This document shows positions 40,447 through 50,791 of a DNA stretch of 64,000 nucleotides, piece after piece. The notes under the pieces were generated by a model that saw only the letters and a program-made list of their open reading frames with translations, made no database searches and was not told the DNA's origin. The stretch is from NCBI GenBank assembly GCA_048571215.1, contig CP182352.1, positions 1,600,001 through 1,664,000 of the forward strand. The letters are read 5' to 3'. The position numbers and the translations under genes are program-made. Numbering within the stretch: position 1 is the stretch's first letter; each line of letters begins with the position of its first letter. This DNA comes from Halarcobacter sp. (GTDB lineage: Bacteria > Campylobacterota > Campylobacteria > Campylobacterales > Arcobacteraceae).

Positions 40447-42414
40447 CTAAGCTTTATACTCACTATATAATGCACTTACAACCTTATTTCTTCCACTATT
40501 TTTTGCTTCATACAAAGCAGAATCTACTTGAACTAATAATTCATCAATATTAAGTTTATTTTTATTTGTAACGACTCCAAAAGATGCTGTAAAATGTGGT
40601 AAAACTATTTTTCCTATTTTTATTTGTATTTCTGAGATTGCTATTCTTAGTCTTTCTGCAATTTTTGTTGCTTTTTTAATATTGGTATTTGGTAACAATA
40701 TAGAAAACTCTTCCCCACCTATTCTACCAATAATATCATTTTCTCTTAATATTTTTGTAGAACAATTAGCAACTTCTTGTAATACAATATCCCCCATTTT
40801 ATGTCCAAAACTGTCATTTATTCTTTTAAAATAGTCAATATCAAACATAATCAAAGATAAAATTTCTTCTGTTTTATAACTTCTTTCTATTTGTTCTTCT
40901 GCACTTTCAATAAAATATCGTCTATTTGGAATATCTGTTAGATAATCATAATAAGCTCTTTTTTCCAATTCTATACGTGCATTTCTATTTTCTATAGCAA
41001 TTGAAGCTAAATTTGCAGCAAAACTAATTCTTTCGATATCCTTTGAACTTGGAGTTGCAGAAGTTTTATGATATATAGCAAAAGTTCCCAATACTTTTCC
41101 ATTTGAAGATATAATTGGCTCAGACCAACATGCTTGTAAATTAGCTTTTAATGCCAAATCTTTGTAAGGTTCCCAATATTTATGAGTCTTTATATCCTCA
41201 ACTATAACCCTTTTTGCTAAATAAGCAGCTGTACCACAAGAACCAACACCCTCACCTATTTTTATTCCATCTACTGCTTGATTGTAAAATTCAGGTAAGT
41301 TTGGTGCAGAACCTGTAATTAGATGTTTTCCCTCTTTATCAAGTAATAAAACACTACATAAAGTATTTGGTTTTTCTCTTTCTATAGTTAAAACAATATT
41401 TTCTAAAATTTTGTCTAATGAACTATTTTTTGCAACCAACTCTAGCATAGTATCATGTGCTCTATTTCTTAGCTCACTTTTCCAATGTTCTGTTATATCA
41501 TTAAAACTGGTTAACCTTTTTTCACCAATCCAAGATACTCGAATACAAACCCTTTTTTCAGAACCATCTTTACATCTTATATTTACTTCAACAAAAGCAG
41601 GAGATATACCTTCTTCTTGTGCTTTTGATATTGCATCTTCCCAATGCTTAATAACTTCTTTTCTATATTTTTCATCAGGATAAGCTTTTTTATACCAAAT
41701 TTCAAGGGTAGGAATATCATCAATAGTGTAACCAAACTGCTTAGTAAACTGATGATTTAAATATTCAACTTTATCATCAATTGTACTCCAACCAATCCCA
41801 ACAGGAGAAAAATCTAAAATATCTTTTAAATGAATTGTTTTTTTATTAGATTCTTTTAACTCTTTTCTTAATCTTTTTTCATTTAATTTTGCAAGTCCAA
41901 TCTTTGCTAACATTTGAGCTGTCATAAGCATATTGTCAAGATATAATTCCATTTGTTTTTCAGAAACAATTGGTATTTTATTTATAGATTCCAAATATTT
42001 TTTTTCATCATAATTAAGAGTTTTGGCTTGTTGAGCAAAAAAAGCAATATTTGGTTTTTCATTTAGAACTTGACCTAAAAACAGTGTGGCCAAACGATTA
42101 CCCTCAATCTCAATAGGAGTTGCATAATCTATTAAACCATTTTTACATTTTTCACTACTAACAACTTTATCTTTTAATTTTTCCATTAGACAAAGATTAC
42201 TCTCTTCACAGAATTGTTTTGACTTAAGATTAGTTCTATGAAATAGATTGCAGGCATCTGTCCAACCTGACTGTGAGATAATAGTTCCATCATTACCAAC
42301 TAAGCCATTTGGGATACCAGTAGCTTTATAAAAACTATCTAACAACTTTATAAATTCATCTATATCAACTAAGTCACTAAACTTATAATCACTTTTATTC
42401 TCAATTATTTTCAT
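40447..42414 (-). CDS. PocR-PAS-GAF-GGDEF diguanylate cyclase
   Basis: PocR domain (ACNLFHR..CEES..CKNGL), PAS, GAF (GSCGTAAY, CWSEPI), RxxD I-site and GGEEF. Confidence 0.9.
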   Translation of the reverse strand: MKIIENKSDYKFSDLVDIDEFIKLLDSFYKATGIPNGLVGNDGTIISQSGWTDACNLFHRTNLKSKQFCEESNLCLMEKLKDKVVSSEKCKNGLIDYATPIEIEGNRLATLFLGQVLNEKPNIAFFAQQAKTLNYDEKKYLESINKIPIVSEKQMELYLDNMLMTAQMLAKIGLAKLNEKRLRKELKESNKKTIHLKDILDFSPVGIGWSTIDDKVEYLNHQFTKQFGYTIDDIPTLEIWYKKAYPDEKYRKEVIKHWEDAISKAQEEGISPAFVEVNIRCKDGSEKRVCIRVSWIGEKRLTSFNDITEHWKSELRNRAHDTMLELVAKNSSLDKILENIVLTIEREKPNTLCSVLLLDKEGKHLITGSAPNLPEFYNQAVDGIKIGEGVGSCGTAAYLAKRVIVEDIKTHKYWEPYKDLALKANLQACWSEPIISSNGKVLGTFAIYHKTSATPSSKDIERISFAANLASIAIENRNARIELEKRAYYDYLTDIPNRRYFIESAEEQIERSYKTEEILSLIMFDIDYFKRINDSFGHKMGDIVLQEVANCSTKILRENDIIGRIGGEEFSILLPNTNIKKATKIAERLRIAISEIQIKIGKIVLPHFTASFGVVTNKNKLNIDELLVQVDSALYEAKNSGRNKVVSALYSEYKA

Positions 42415-42583
42415 TATCCCACTTCACTTAAAGTTTCTATAAATTTTCATAAATAACTTTAAATCTTTTATTTTATAATTATATTGTATCATTTATTGGG
42501 TCAAACTCATAGTTTATAAAATAAGATACCAAGAATAACTTTCTATTTTTTAAATAGATCTATTAACAGCTTTTCCTAGATAT

Positions 42584-42832
42584 TTATTTCAATAATTCAT
42601 ATGGTTCAATATTAAAAAGCTTTGCTAGTTTATAAATATGTTCTAAATTAAAATGTTTTCCATATTTACAATTTTCACAATTTGAATAAAATGAAACAGA
42701 GTTTATACCAATTTGTGTTGCAACACTTGATTGGTTCAAACCTTTTTCTATTCTTATATTTTTAATATTTGAAGATATTTTTTTAAGAAAAATATCAACT
42801 TCAGATTCATTTATTGTGCTTAATAAACTCAT
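42584..42832 (-). CDS. XRE/HTH_3 transcriptional regulator, copy 1
   Basis: NIKNIRIEKGLNQSSVATQIG..YSNCEN HTH. Confidence 0.85.
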   Translation of the reverse strand: MSLLSTINESEVDIFLKKISSNIKNIRIEKGLNQSSVATQIGINSVSFYSNCENCKYGKHFNLEHIYKLAKLFNIEPYELLK

Positions 42833-43011
42833 TTATTAATAATCCTATTTTAATATGATTTATAAAACTATCTTTTTATATATTTTTTATTTTAGAATAA
42901 AAAAGTAATCATTAATAGGCTTTTTATGTTAGTTAATTGTATTATTTAACTGTTTTAATGAAAAAAAATTTTTTAAGTTTAAATTTTTATTTAGTATTAC
43001 CTTTTACTACT

Positions 43012-43200
43012 TGATCTAGGTTACACTAAATATGACATAAAAAAGTAGTATCTTAAAATAAATATTGAGAATCAAATGTAAAAAAGGTAAATACAAAAAA
43101 GAGTTCAAAGAATCAATAATAAATTTATGTTTAAAAATAATGATAAATCAATATAACCTTATAGTAAATCAGTTGTTATACCAAACTCTATAATTACTAT
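43012..43200 (+). mobile_element. Degenerate IS3-family left end / OrfA remnant
   Basis: TG-starting end TGATCTAGGTTACACTAAATATGACAT, then a broken frame KKGKYKKEFKESIINLCL...YQTL resembling the IS3 OrfA HTH. Confidence 0.5.
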
Positions 43201-43287
43201 TTGAAATATGTATATAAATTAATATTATTAAATAAATATATTAGATTATTATAATTGCTTAGATTTTTTAACAGCTTTTTCTAGTTA

Positions 43288-43536
43288 TTATTTCAATAAT
43301 TCACATGGTTCAATATTAAAAAGCTTTGCTAGTTTATAAATATGTCCTAAATTAAAATGTTTTCCATATTTGCAGTTTTCACAATTTGAATAAAATGCAA
43401 CTGAGTTTATACCTATATCTAAGGCAACATCTAATTGCTTTAAATTTTTTTCTAATCTTCTTCTTTTGATATTTTTTGATATTTTTTGATGAAATATATC
43501 AATCTCGAACTGAGATGAATTAGTAAAAATATTCAT
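43288..43536 (-). CDS. XRE/HTH_3 transcriptional regulator, copy 2
   Basis: NIKRRRLEKNLKQLDVALDIG..YSNCEN; C-terminal half nearly identical to copy 1. Confidence 0.85.
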   Translation of the reverse strand: MNIFTNSSQFEIDIFHQKISKNIKRRRLEKNLKQLDVALDIGINSVAFYSNCENCKYGKHFNLGHIYKLAKLFNIEPCELLK

Positions 43537-43664
43537 TTTTATTTATTCCTGTAAAACTATTATATTAATATTAACACTATAAAATATGTAAATTAGAAAA
43601 GTGTTAAAGTAGAAAAATATTTAATTAAAAAATCTATATTATATACTTAGAAATTTTTTTTATC

Positions 43665-43866
43665 TTTATCCCATAGGATAAATTTGATTATTAGAGGATA
43701 AAGAATACTATTTCATATACAAAATACTTTTATGTATTTTTACATTATTAAATTTTTTATACATAAATTATTTAATACATTTTTACATTATTAAATTTTT
43801 TTATATATTTATTAATAGTTTATATATAAATTATTAAATATAGAAGCTAATTTATCCTATAGGATA
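43665..43866. promoter_or_regulatory. Two palindromic operators TATCCYATAGGATA enclosing a 23-bp direct repeat
   Basis: TTTATCCCATAGGATAAA 43665-43682 and TATCCTATAGGATA 43853-43866; ATTTTTACATTATTAAATTTTTT at 43736 and 43779. Confidence 0.65.
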
Positions 43867-43933
43867 TAGATTATAACTTAAATATAAGAGTAAGATAATA
43901 ATTAACTATTACATAATAAAATTAAATTAAAAG

Positions 43934-44620
43934 ATGCCTATGAATAAAAATGATTTATTTAGTGAAAAAGATTCTAGAATTTTACAATTGGCTGATGTAA
44001 TGACAAATGTAATGGATGAATGTAAAACTTCACTAAGTAAAATATATACTATTTCCTCTGGTACTTTGCTTAATAGTGAACATAATTTAGTAACAGAATA
44101 CATGTATACTGACACATTAATTAAAATAAATGAAAATATTAAATCAATTATAAATACTATTAATTATCTTGATATTTTTATATCTAGTAAAAAAGAGATA
44201 AAATCATTTAATATTAATAGTACTTTGCAGAATATATTATCTTTTCTTACTCCTCTTTTAAAAAAACATAACATCTCTATTAAAACTGATTGTTTTACTG
44301 CCAATTATATTATTGGATATGAGAATGAATTATCACAAATATTTTTACATATTTTAACTTCACTAATAAATATTTTGAAAAATGAAACAAAATCTAAATT
44401 TATAGTAATTAAGACAAAAAAAAACAAAAATAAAACAAAAATTATGATTAACAGTAGTGGTGGAGATATAGATGATATTCCTTTAGATATGAGTCTATAT
44501 ATATCAAAGAAGATTATCGAAGAATATTACAAAGGAGAAATTACAATAACAAATAGTAAATTTAAAGAAACAAGTGTTCATGGAATAGAGTTTTGTATTC
44601 ACTTAAGTAATATTGAATAA
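43934..44620 (+). CDS. Degenerate (pseudo) histidine kinase core, HisKA-HATPase-like
   Basis: Collinear with the kinase at 15626-16393 (GYENELSQ vs GFENEFIQ; LYISKKII..GEI vs LYMSNEMI..GSI) but lacks the catalytic motifs. Confidence 0.7.
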   Translation: MPMNKNDLFSEKDSRILQLADVMTNVMDECKTSLSKIYTISSGTLLNSEHNLVTEYMYTDTLIKINENIKSIINTINYLDIFISSKKEIKSFNINSTLQNILSFLTPLLKKHNISIKTDCFTANYIIGYENELSQIFLHILTSLINILKNETKSKFIVIKTKKNKNKTKIMINSSGGDIDDIPLDMSLYISKKIIEEYYKGEITITNSKFKETSVHGIEFCIHLSNIE

Positions 44621-44684
44621 TATAATCAAAATTGTTTAATTTAAGTTCTAATAATAAATAGAAGAATAAAAAGGGAGAAAAAAT

Positions 44685-47009
44685 ATGTTTAAAAATATGA
44701 CAATCAAAATGAAGTTAGTTTCTTCATTTATTTTAATAATTGGATTAATTCTCTGCTTAGCAGGATATAGTATATATTCAATTAATAAAGCAGGTGATGG
44801 ATTTAATTCATACCGAGAGATGGCAAAAGACACTGTTCTAGCTTCTCGTGTTCAAGCAAAAATGTTAGAGACAAGAATTAGTGCTATTAAGTATTTAGGT
44901 TCAGCTACACAAAAAAATATAGATAAGTTCGAAGATTCTTACAAAGAAACAGAAAAATTTATTAATATAGCAAAAAAAGAGATTCAAAATCCAACTCGTG
45001 CTCCAAAAGTATTGGAAATAGATAAAGATTTAAAAGAATACAAAGATAGCTTTTATGAAATAGTAAAATATACAAAAAATAAAGATAAAATATTAAATAC
45101 CATATTAAATGTAGATGGTAAAAAAATTGAAACTATTTTATCTTCTGTTTTTAAAGCTACAAAAAATGAAAGAGATCATGAAACTTCTTATCTCACAGGT
45201 TCAGCAATTAGAAGCTTATTATTAGCACGACTTTATACAATGAAGTTTTTAGGGACGGAGTCTAAAGATGACTACAATAGAGTACAAAGTGAATTTGATA
45301 TTTTGTCTAAAAACTTAACTGCACTAAAGAGTACTATAAAAAACACTAATAGAATAAGTAAACTTGATGAAGCAATTGATTTAATACAAAAATATACAAA
45401 AGCAGTAACAGATATATATGATAACACGATTAAAAGAAGAGAAGTAGTTGATGAAAAACTAAATGTAATTGGTCCTGAAATTGCAAATTTAAGTGAAGAG
45501 GTTAAATTATCAATTAAAGCAGATCAAGATTTAATTGGACCAGCTGTTAAAAAATTAAATTCAAATATAAAATCATTAATTACAATAATATCTATAGTAA
45601 TATTAGCTTTAATAATTTTCTTAGCAATTGTATTACCAAGAAATATAACTTCCTTATTAAATACTTTCCAAACAGGATTAATAGACTTCTTTAAATACTT
45701 AAATCGAGAGATACCAGAAGTAGAATTAATAAAAATCGACTCAACAGATGAATTTGGAAATATGGCAAAAGTAGTAAATGAAAATATAGAGAAAACAAAA
45801 ATAGGAATAGAAGAAGATAGGAAATTAATAGATGAGACTATTGCAGTATTAGGAGAGTTTGAACAAGGTGACTTAGTACAAAGATTAGATTTAAATGTAT
45901 CAAACCCAGCTTTAATGCAACTAAAAGATGTACTAAATAAAATGGCAGATAATTTAGAAAATAATATTAACAATGTACTAGATATTGTAGAAGAATACTC
46001 GTCATATAATTATTTAAATAAGATATCTACAAAAAACTTAAAAAAACATCTTTTAAAATTAGCCTCAGGAGTAAATAACTTAGGTGATTCAATAACAGAA
46101 ATGTTAGTAGAAAATAAATCAAATGGTTTAACACTAGACAAGAGTTCAAATAGTTTATTAAATAATGTAGATAAACTAAATCAAAGTTCAAATGAAGCTG
46201 CAAGTTCACTTGAAGAAACAGCTGCAGCATTAGAAGAGATAACAAGTAATATTAGAAGTAATACAGAAAATATAGCAAAAATGTCTCAACTATCAACTGG
46301 AGTAAGTGCATCAGCAAACAAAGGTGAAAAACTAGCTAATGATACCACAGTAGCTATGGAAGATATCAATATACAAGTCACTGCAATAAAAGAAGCTATA
46401 ACGGTAATAGACCAAATAGCTTTCCAAACAAATATCCTAAGCTTAAATGCAGCAGTAGAAGCAGCAACTGCAGGCGAAGCAGGTAAAGGATTTGCCGTAG
46501 TTGCAGGTGAAGTACGAAATCTAGCTTCAAGAAGTGCTGAAGCAGCAAGTGAGATAAAATCATTAGTTGAAAATGCAACAAGTAAAGCAAATGATGGAAA
46601 AGATATAGCTGGAGAGATGATAAAAGGATATAAAATGTTAAATGAAGATATCCTAAAAACAACAAATCTAATCTCCGATATTGAAAATGCTTCGAAAGAA
46701 CAACTTACAGGAATAGAACAAATCAATGATGCAGTAAATCAATTAGATCAGCAAACACAAGAGAATGCAATGATAGCATCTGAGACACAAGATATAGCAA
46801 GCCTAACAGATCAAATAGCTAAATTTATAGTAAGTGATGCCGATACTAAAGAGTTCAAAGGGAAAGATACTGTTATGGCTAAAGAAAGTGAAAAAAAAGA
46901 AAAAGACAATATGCCAATCGAAAAAGAAACTAAGCAAAAAACAAACTCTAAAACAAAAGATGAAGTTATTAAAGCAAAAAAAGATAGCGATGATTGGGAG
47001 AGTTTTTAA
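44685..47009 (+). CDS. Methyl-accepting chemotaxis protein
   Basis: Two TMs and signalling domain [35 protein letters not shown]-terminal pentapeptide DWESF. Confidence 0.95.
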   Translation: MFKNMTIKMKLVSSFILIIGLILCLAGYSIYSINKAGDGFNSYREMAKDTVLASRVQAKMLETRISAIKYLGSATQKNIDKFEDSYKETEKFINIAKKEIQNPTRAPKVLEIDKDLKEYKDSFYEIVKYTKNKDKILNTILNVDGKKIETILSSVFKATKNERDHETSYLTGSAIRSLLLARLYTMKFLGTESKDDYNRVQSEFDILSKNLTALKSTIKNTNRISKLDEAIDLIQKYTKAVTDIYDNTIKRREVVDEKLNVIGPEIANLSEEVKLSIKADQDLIGPAVKKLNSNIKSLITIISIVILALIIFLAIVLPRNITSLLNTFQTGLIDFFKYLNREIPEVELIKIDSTDEFGNMAKVVNENIEKTKIGIEEDRKLIDETIAVLGEFEQGDLVQRLDLNVSNPALMQLKDVLNKMADNLENNINNVLDIVEEYSSYNYLNKISTKNLKKHLLKLASGVNNLGDSITEMLVENKSNGLTLDKSSNSLLNNVDKLNQSSNEAASSLEETAAALEEITSNIRSNTENIAKMSQLSTGVSASANKGEKLANDTTVAMEDINIQVTAIKEAITVIDQIAFQTNILSLNAAVEAATAGEAGKGFAVVAGEVRNLASRSAEAASEIKSLVENATSKANDGKDIAGEMIKGYKMLNEDILKTTNLISDIENASKEQLTGIEQINDAVNQLDQQTQENAMIASETQDIASLTDQIAKFIVSDADTKEFKGKDTVMAKESEKKEKDNMPIEKETKQKTNSKTKDEVIKAKKDSDDWESF

Positions 47010-47029
47010 ATATAAACTCAAAAATCTAA

Positions 47030-47059
47030 AATTATGATAGGATAAGTCCTATCATAATT
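47030..47059 (+). terminator. Stem-loop after the MCP gene
   Basis: AATTATGATAGGA-taag-TCCTATCATAATT, 13-bp perfect stem. Confidence 0.65.
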
Positions 47060-47111
47060 GAACTTAATTGGATTGTTATAGATTAACTAGTATAATTAAA
47101 TTATGAAAAAC

Positions 47112-48441
47112 GAGACCGTTCAAAAATCTGTGTCAAGTCACCTAAAGTAACAAATCCATACTTGTTACAACTCTAAATAATTATCCAATCTCCCTTCGAA
47201 AAATATAGCAAGTTGGGAGATTGTTAAACTCCAATTATGCACTGGCTGAGTCCATTTTACTTTTGCATTTAATATTCCCATATACAACAATTTTAAAAGT
47301 GAATTCTCATTAGGGAAAGCTCCTTTTGTTTTGGTTAATTTTCTAAATTGCCTATGTACAGATTCAATAATATTTGTAGTGTACATAATCTTTCTTATCT
47401 CTTTTGGATATTTAAAATAATAAGATAAATTCTCCCATTTATTTTGCCAAGATTGAAGTACTATGGGATATCTTTTCCCCCATTTTTCATCTAGTTTTAA
47501 AAGCTCATCTTCTGCAAGTTCTTTTGTTGTTGCTTGATAAACAAGTTTTAAATCTCTCATAAACTCTTTTTGGTCTTTAGAAGCTACATACTTCAATGAA
47601 TTACGAATTTGATGTACAACACAAAGTTGTACTTCGGTATTTGGATATATTGTTTTAATAGCTTCAGGAAAGCCTTTAAGACCATCTACTGATGCAATTA
47701 GTATATCTTCTAATCCTCTATTATTTAAATCAGTAAGAACACTAAGCCAGAAGTTTGCTCCTTCACTTTGGGATAAATATAATCCTAATATATCTTTTTT
47801 ACCATCAATTCCCATCCCTAAAACTGTGTAAACTGCTTTACTCACATACTTCCCACCATCTTTTATTTTATAATGTATCGCATCAAGCCATACAAATGGA
47901 TAAATAGCTTCTAAAGGTCTACTTTGCCAAGCTTTTACCTTATCTATAATTTTATCTGTAATAGTGCTTATTGTTGCACTTGATAATTGTATTTGATATA
48001 TCTCTTCAATATGTTTTATAATATCTCTATAGCTTAATCCTAAGCCATACATAGATAATATCTTTTCTTCTATTTCATTAGACATTGTTGTTTGGTTTTT
48101 CTTTACAAGTTGTGGTTCAAAAGAACCTGTTCTATCTCTTGGAGTATTCAATTCAAAGGAACCACTTGTTGATTTTATTGTTTTAGAGCTTTTACCATTC
48201 TTTCTATTTTTATTTCCTGCAAATACATCTTGAGTTATATGAGAATCTAATTCTGCTTCTAAAGCAGCTTCAACTAATTGTTTTACTAATGGAGCAAGTA
48301 CTCCATCTTTACCATTGATATTTTTACCTGCAAGTAAATCTTGTACAGCTTCATTAAAATCAAATTGTTTTTTCTTTTCCATCTATATCAATCCTTATAA
48401 TATTTATTATATCAGACTGACACAGATTTTCTAACACTCCC
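47112..48441 (-). mobile_element. IS256-family insertion sequence, 1330 bp
   Basis: Terminal inverted repeats GAGACCGTTCAAAAATCTGTGTCAAGTC and revcomp GGGAGTGTTAGAAAATCTGTGTCAGTC; flanking 8-mers TGAAAAAC and TGAAAATC. Confidence 0.92.
47165..48382 (-). CDS. IS256 family transposase
   Basis: PRDRTGSFEP, WLDAI, DGLKGF, QLCVVHQIRN and YTTNIIES. Confidence 0.95.
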   Translation of the reverse strand: MEKKKQFDFNEAVQDLLAGKNINGKDGVLAPLVKQLVEAALEAELDSHITQDVFAGNKNRKNGKSSKTIKSTSGSFELNTPRDRTGSFEPQLVKKNQTTMSNEIEEKILSMYGLGLSYRDIIKHIEEIYQIQLSSATISTITDKIIDKVKAWQSRPLEAIYPFVWLDAIHYKIKDGGKYVSKAVYTVLGMGIDGKKDILGLYLSQSEGANFWLSVLTDLNNRGLEDILIASVDGLKGFPEAIKTIYPNTEVQLCVVHQIRNSLKYVASKDQKEFMRDLKLVYQATTKELAEDELLKLDEKWGKRYPIVLQSWQNKWENLSYYFKYPKEIRKIMYTTNIIESVHRQFRKLTKTKGAFPNENSLLKLLYMGILNAKVKWTQPVHNWSLTISQLAIFFEGRLDNYLEL

Positions 48442-48944
48442 TGAAAATCAATTATATAATAGCTTTTTTATTGATTTTATTATCAATACTTTTAACTATC
48501 TTAGTTCCTGGTGGACCTATAGAAACTAGAGATTTTTCTTCTTATTCTCCTTTTGTTCTTACTTTGTTTAATATTTTTCTTACATCGCTTGGGATTTTAA
48601 GTTTTCTAGGTGCTTATTTAGTAATAAAAAATAAAGCGTACTCTATAATTATCTCAGCATTTTTTGCAATATGTTATATTGCTGTTTATATTTCTGATTT
48701 ATTTAAAATATTTCCTGTAAGCCCAATACCCATGCCTCAAACACTTTTTATAATTGAAGTTGTTAGTACGATTTTGGGATTTGTATTATTATATATTTGT
48801 ATAAAATATAATAACTTTGAAAGTAAAAACAAAGAAAATATCACTTTAAAACTCTCTTTTTATAAGATAATTTCACTTTTAGTGGTTTTATTATTTGCTA
48901 TAGGAATAGTGGTTTTTGCAACAAAATCAGCAATGGGACAATAA
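48441..48944 (+). pseudogene. Multi-TM membrane protein whose ATG was split off by IS256
   Basis: Removing the IS restores ATG AAA ATC AAT TAT ATA... (MKINYIIAFLLILL...), in frame with the listed ORF 48471-48944. Confidence 0.7.
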
Positions 48945-49388
48945 CATAGTAAAATTAGTCAATTCGATATTGCCTCTTTTAACCCTATTTTTCTTTAATA
49001 CTTTAAAACCAAACTTCTCAAAAAATGGTTTTGCAGTGATACTTGCATCAACTTTTAAAAGAGTTTGTTCCTTCTGTTTTGCTATTTTAAAAATATGATT
49101 TATAAGCATTTTCCCTACACCACAACCTTGATACTGATGGTGCACATAAAAACAATCAATATAATCCTCATAAAACTCTGCAAATCCTACAAGTTTTTTA
49201 TCCACAATTGCTAAATAGGGTTTTGTTTTAGCTAATCTTTCTTCCCAAGCTTTATAATCAATATCTAAATTTGCCCAAGCGTTTAATTGCTGTTTTGTAT
49301 AATCTTTATGGCATGTTTTATAAATGGTATTGGTAAATAATTCAGGAATCTCTTTTTGATATTTTTCATCATATTTTATTATTTGCAT
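48927..49388 (-). CDS. GNAT acetyltransferase (YafP-like)
   Basis: FYVHHQYQGCGVG and ASITAKPFFEKFGF. Confidence 0.88.
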   Translation of the reverse strand: MQIIKYDEKYQKEIPELFTNTIYKTCHKDYTKQQLNAWANLDIDYKAWEERLAKTKPYLAIVDKKLVGFAEFYEDYIDCFYVHHQYQGCGVGKMLINHIFKIAKQKEQTLLKVDASITAKPFFEKFGFKVLKKNRVKRGNIELTNFTMLLSHC

Positions 49389-49414
49389 TTTATTCCTTTT
49401 TGTCTCTATACAAA

Positions 49415-50719
49415 CTACATATTTTCTAAACTATATCCAATATATTGTATTTCATATTTTTTAAAATTTTTTTCCAATTTTTTAGACTTTTCTTCTAACA
49501 CATCTAGATTTATTTTCTTAATATTTAATTTCACTTCAGCTATTAAAACTTTTTTCTCTAGTTCATTTAGTGCAACTATATCTATTTCATTTTGATTTGA
49601 TTTTTCCCAATAAGTTCCTAATTGAGAATATTTTTTTTCAAGTTGTAACTTTTCTATAAAATACTTTTCTAAGAATTTTCCACTATACATAGAAAAGTCT
49701 CTTTTGATTATATCTTTAACAAAGTCATAATTTTCAATCTCAATTGCACTTTTATATTTATAGATAAATCTAAACCAAAAGTTAAAATAATTATCAATTA
49801 TCGCATATTTGACAATCCTGCTTCCCTCTTTTGCAAATATAGGTTTTATCTTTTTTATCAGAGTATAATCATTTTCTAATCTTTCTAAATATCCACCGAT
49901 ATTTTTTTCTAAAATTGATTCAATCTGGCTTCGTGAAGTTTTAGAACTAGCTATTAAAGATAAAATTGAGAAGTATGTAGTGTATTCTTTGCCAAACTCT
50001 TCTACCAGTAAATTTTTACCCTCTTCTAAAAATAGTGAAAAATCACTAAATATTACTTCTAATTGCTTCTCAAAAGTAAAAGCTTGTTTTTCTACAAAAA
50101 TCTCTACATATTTAGCAACTCCACCTGTAAATATATAAAATGATAACAAATCTTTATTTTTATACTTTGGATAATTTTCTTCTAAAATCTTTTTTAAAGT
50201 ATTTACAGTGAAACTTTTTAGATGAATTTTATTATTTGCTCTACCAAATAAAGGTTCTTTTTTATCTTCAAATATTTTTTTCATCAATGAATATATAGAA
50301 CCACTTAAAACTAAGTTCATTTTAGACTTATCTTTATACTCATCCCAAATATTTTGCATATCACTATAAATAGAACTGTTTATTTGTAAAAACTCTTGAA
50401 ACTCATCTATTACAAGAGTAAAGGAAGTTGTAATAGATAGGTTCATTAGATATTCAAATAAATTTTTAAAAGATGTAAACTGTCCAAAAACTTTTACTGA
50501 TAAGGTACTTTCTATAATATCGATAAACTCAGCACAAAGTAAAGCTTCATTTTTTTTTGATACAAAAAAATATACTTTTTCTTTATATGCTTCTTTTATA
50601 AGTTTTGTTTTACCAATCCTTCTTCTACCAACTATAACAGTCATCTTTGAAGAGGACAATGAAGACTTTTGTATATCTCTTAAGTTTTGTAGTTCTTTTT
50701 CTCTATTGTAAAATTTCAT
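49415..50719 (-). CDS. Archaeal-type AAA ATPase with wHTH and DUF234 (PD-(D/E)xK-like) domains
   Basis: FYNREKE, GRRRIGKT, IDEFQ, TGGV and EIDIVA..AEVK. Confidence 0.88.
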   Translation of the reverse strand: MKFYNREKELQNLRDIQKSSLSSSKMTVIVGRRRIGKTKLIKEAYKEKVYFFVSKKNEALLCAEFIDIIESTLSVKVFGQFTSFKNLFEYLMNLSITTSFTLVIDEFQEFLQINSSIYSDMQNIWDEYKDKSKMNLVLSGSIYSLMKKIFEDKKEPLFGRANNKIHLKSFTVNTLKKILEENYPKYKNKDLLSFYIFTGGVAKYVEIFVEKQAFTFEKQLEVIFSDFSLFLEEGKNLLVEEFGKEYTTYFSILSLIASSKTSRSQIESILEKNIGGYLERLENDYTLIKKIKPIFAKEGSRIVKYAIIDNYFNFWFRFIYKYKSAIEIENYDFVKDIIKRDFSMYSGKFLEKYFIEKLQLEKKYSQLGTYWEKSNQNEIDIVALNELEKKVLIAEVKLNIKKINLDVLEEKSKKLEKNFKKYEIQYIGYSLENM

Positions 50720-50733
50720 CTTATCTCTTTATA

Positions 50734-50763
50734 GTAATGTATGTTACTGTAATGTATATTACT
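50734..50763. promoter_or_regulatory. Tandem 15-bp quasi-palindromic operator
   Basis: GTAATGTATGTTACT GTAATGTATATTACT, 15-44 nt upstream of the ATPase start. Confidence 0.6.
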
Positions 50764-50791
50764 ATAATTTATTTTATTTGTAAAGATATAC

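Noticed and set aside
43736..43801. 23-bp direct repeat as CRISPR or iterons
   Set aside because: Only two copies, almost pure A/T, and no cas or rep gene nearby.
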